DNA from: Octopus bimaculoides
Lineage: Eukaryota
NCBI RefSeq assembly: GCF_001194135.2
Contig: NC_068981.1
Coordinates: forward strand, 34,081,694-34,128,144
Direction: 5' to 3'
DNA: 46,451 bases
The position numbers and the translations under genes were made by a program. A model generated the notes under the pieces. That model made no database searches. It was not told the DNA's origin and was given only the letters and a program-made list of their open reading frames with translations. Below, in pieces: positions 45,001 through 46,451 of the stretch (its first letter is position 1; the number at the start of each line of letters is the position of its first letter).

Positions 45001-46010
45001 AGACATAGGGATAGACAATTGCATAAACATATGTATGCTTGTGTTTTATATATTTATGCATACATATGTTATATGTGAGCGTGTGTATGTGTGTGTGTTT
45101 ATGTGNNNNNNNNNNNNNNNNNNNNNNNNNNNNNNNNNNNNNNNNNNNNNNNNNNNNNNNNNNNNNNNNNNNNNNNNNNNNNNNNNNNNNNNNNNNNNNN
45201 NNNNNNNNNNNNNNNNNNNNNNNNNNNNNNNNNNNNNNNNNNNNNNNNNNNNNNNNNNNNNNNNNNNNNNNNNNNNNNNNNNNNNNNNNNNNNNNNNNNN
45301 NNNNNNNNNNNNNNNNNNNNNNNNNNNNNNNNNNNNNNNNNNNNNNNNNNNNNNNNNNNNNNNNNNNNNNNNNNNNNNNNNNNNNNNNNNNNNNNNNNNN
45401 NNNNNNNNNNNNNNNNNNNNNNNNNNNNNNNNNNNNNNNNNNNNNNNNNNNNNNNNNNNNNNNNNNNNNNNNNNNNNNNNNNNNNNNNNNNNNNNNNNNN
45501 NNNNNNNNNNNNNNNNNNNNNNNNNNNNNNNNNNNNNNNNNNNNNNNNNNNNNNNNNNNNNNNNNNNNNNNNNNNNNNNNNNNNNNNNNNNNNNNNNNNN
45601 NNNNNNNNNNNNNNNNNNNNNNNNNNNNNNNNNNNNNNNNNNNNNNNNNNNNNNNNNNNNNNNNNNNNNNNNNNNNNNNNNNNNNNNNNNNNNNNNNNNN
45701 NNNNNNNNNNNNNNNNNNNNNNNNNNNNNNNNNNNNNNNNNNNNNNNNNNNNNNNNNNNNNNNNNNNNNNNNNNNNNNNNNNNNNNNNNNNNNNNNNNNN
45801 NNNNNNNNNNNNNNNNNNNNNNNNNNNNNNNNNNNNNNNNNNNNNNNNNNNNNNNNNNNNNNNNNNNNNNNNNNNNNNNNNNNNNNNNNNNNNNNNNNNN
45901 NNNNNNNNNNNNNNNNNNNNNNNNNNNNNNNNNNNNNNNNNNNNNNNNNNNNNNNNNNNNNNNNNNNNNNNNNNNNNNNNNNNNNNNNNNNNNNNNNNNN
46001 NNNNNNNNNN

Positions 46011-46062
46011 ATATATATAAATGCGTATGTACGCACATATGCTTGTATATGTTTACATATGC

Positions 46063-46127
<65 letters not shown>

Positions 46128-46385
46128 CTTATACATGCATACATACAAATATATATAAAGGCAATATATATATGCAATATATACATATACATATATATAT
46201 ATATTTATATACATACACACACATATATATATAAATATATATTTATATATATATATACGTGCGTACAGAAGAGAAGGAAAGGAAAATAGACAAGAAAGAA
46301 CATTAGAGGGAGAAGAAAACAGAAAATATAATAAAAGCAACAGAAAATTGGTGCTTATTAAAGGAGCGATGAAAATGCCTTTTTT

Positions 46386-46451
<66 letters not shown>
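46011..46451. repeat. (TA)/(TG) microsatellite field to the window end
   Basis: Visible. Confidence 0.9.

Overview
Repeat-dense, AT-rich eukaryotic DNA from a draft assembly: 20 N-gaps totalling about 7.6 kb (~16%), most of them flanked by microsatellites. The SINE families and the TATG/TATC/CA/GA microsatellite load suggest an octopod cephalopod (Octopus-like); this is recalled resemblance, not a database result. No host protein-coding gene is recognisable, and almost all long ORFs in the track are microsatellite or N read-throughs. The real coding-derived segments are retrotransposon 3' fragments: two R4/Dong-like restriction-like-endonuclease (RLE) pieces, three RTE-clade pieces plus a short inverted RTE stub, and a probable CR1-type piece. 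There are also two ~220-bp Tc1/mariner MITEs, one hAT-type MITE and at least five SINE-like families (labelled A-E here), several with clear target-site duplications (TSDs). The most interesting signals are: (i) an RLE retroelement embedded in (CATA)n, a possible microsatellite-targeting element; (ii) RTE pieces that begin at the same RT motif, one with a head-to-head inverted stub and one with an in-frame 15-bp repeat encoding (RKRTA)7; (iii) closely spaced inverted SINE pairs that could form dsRNA editing substrates; (iv) a SINE whose internal site repeatedly expands into microsatellites. A few orphan exon candidates are flagged at low confidence. Boundaries of degenerate copies were estimated by eye.
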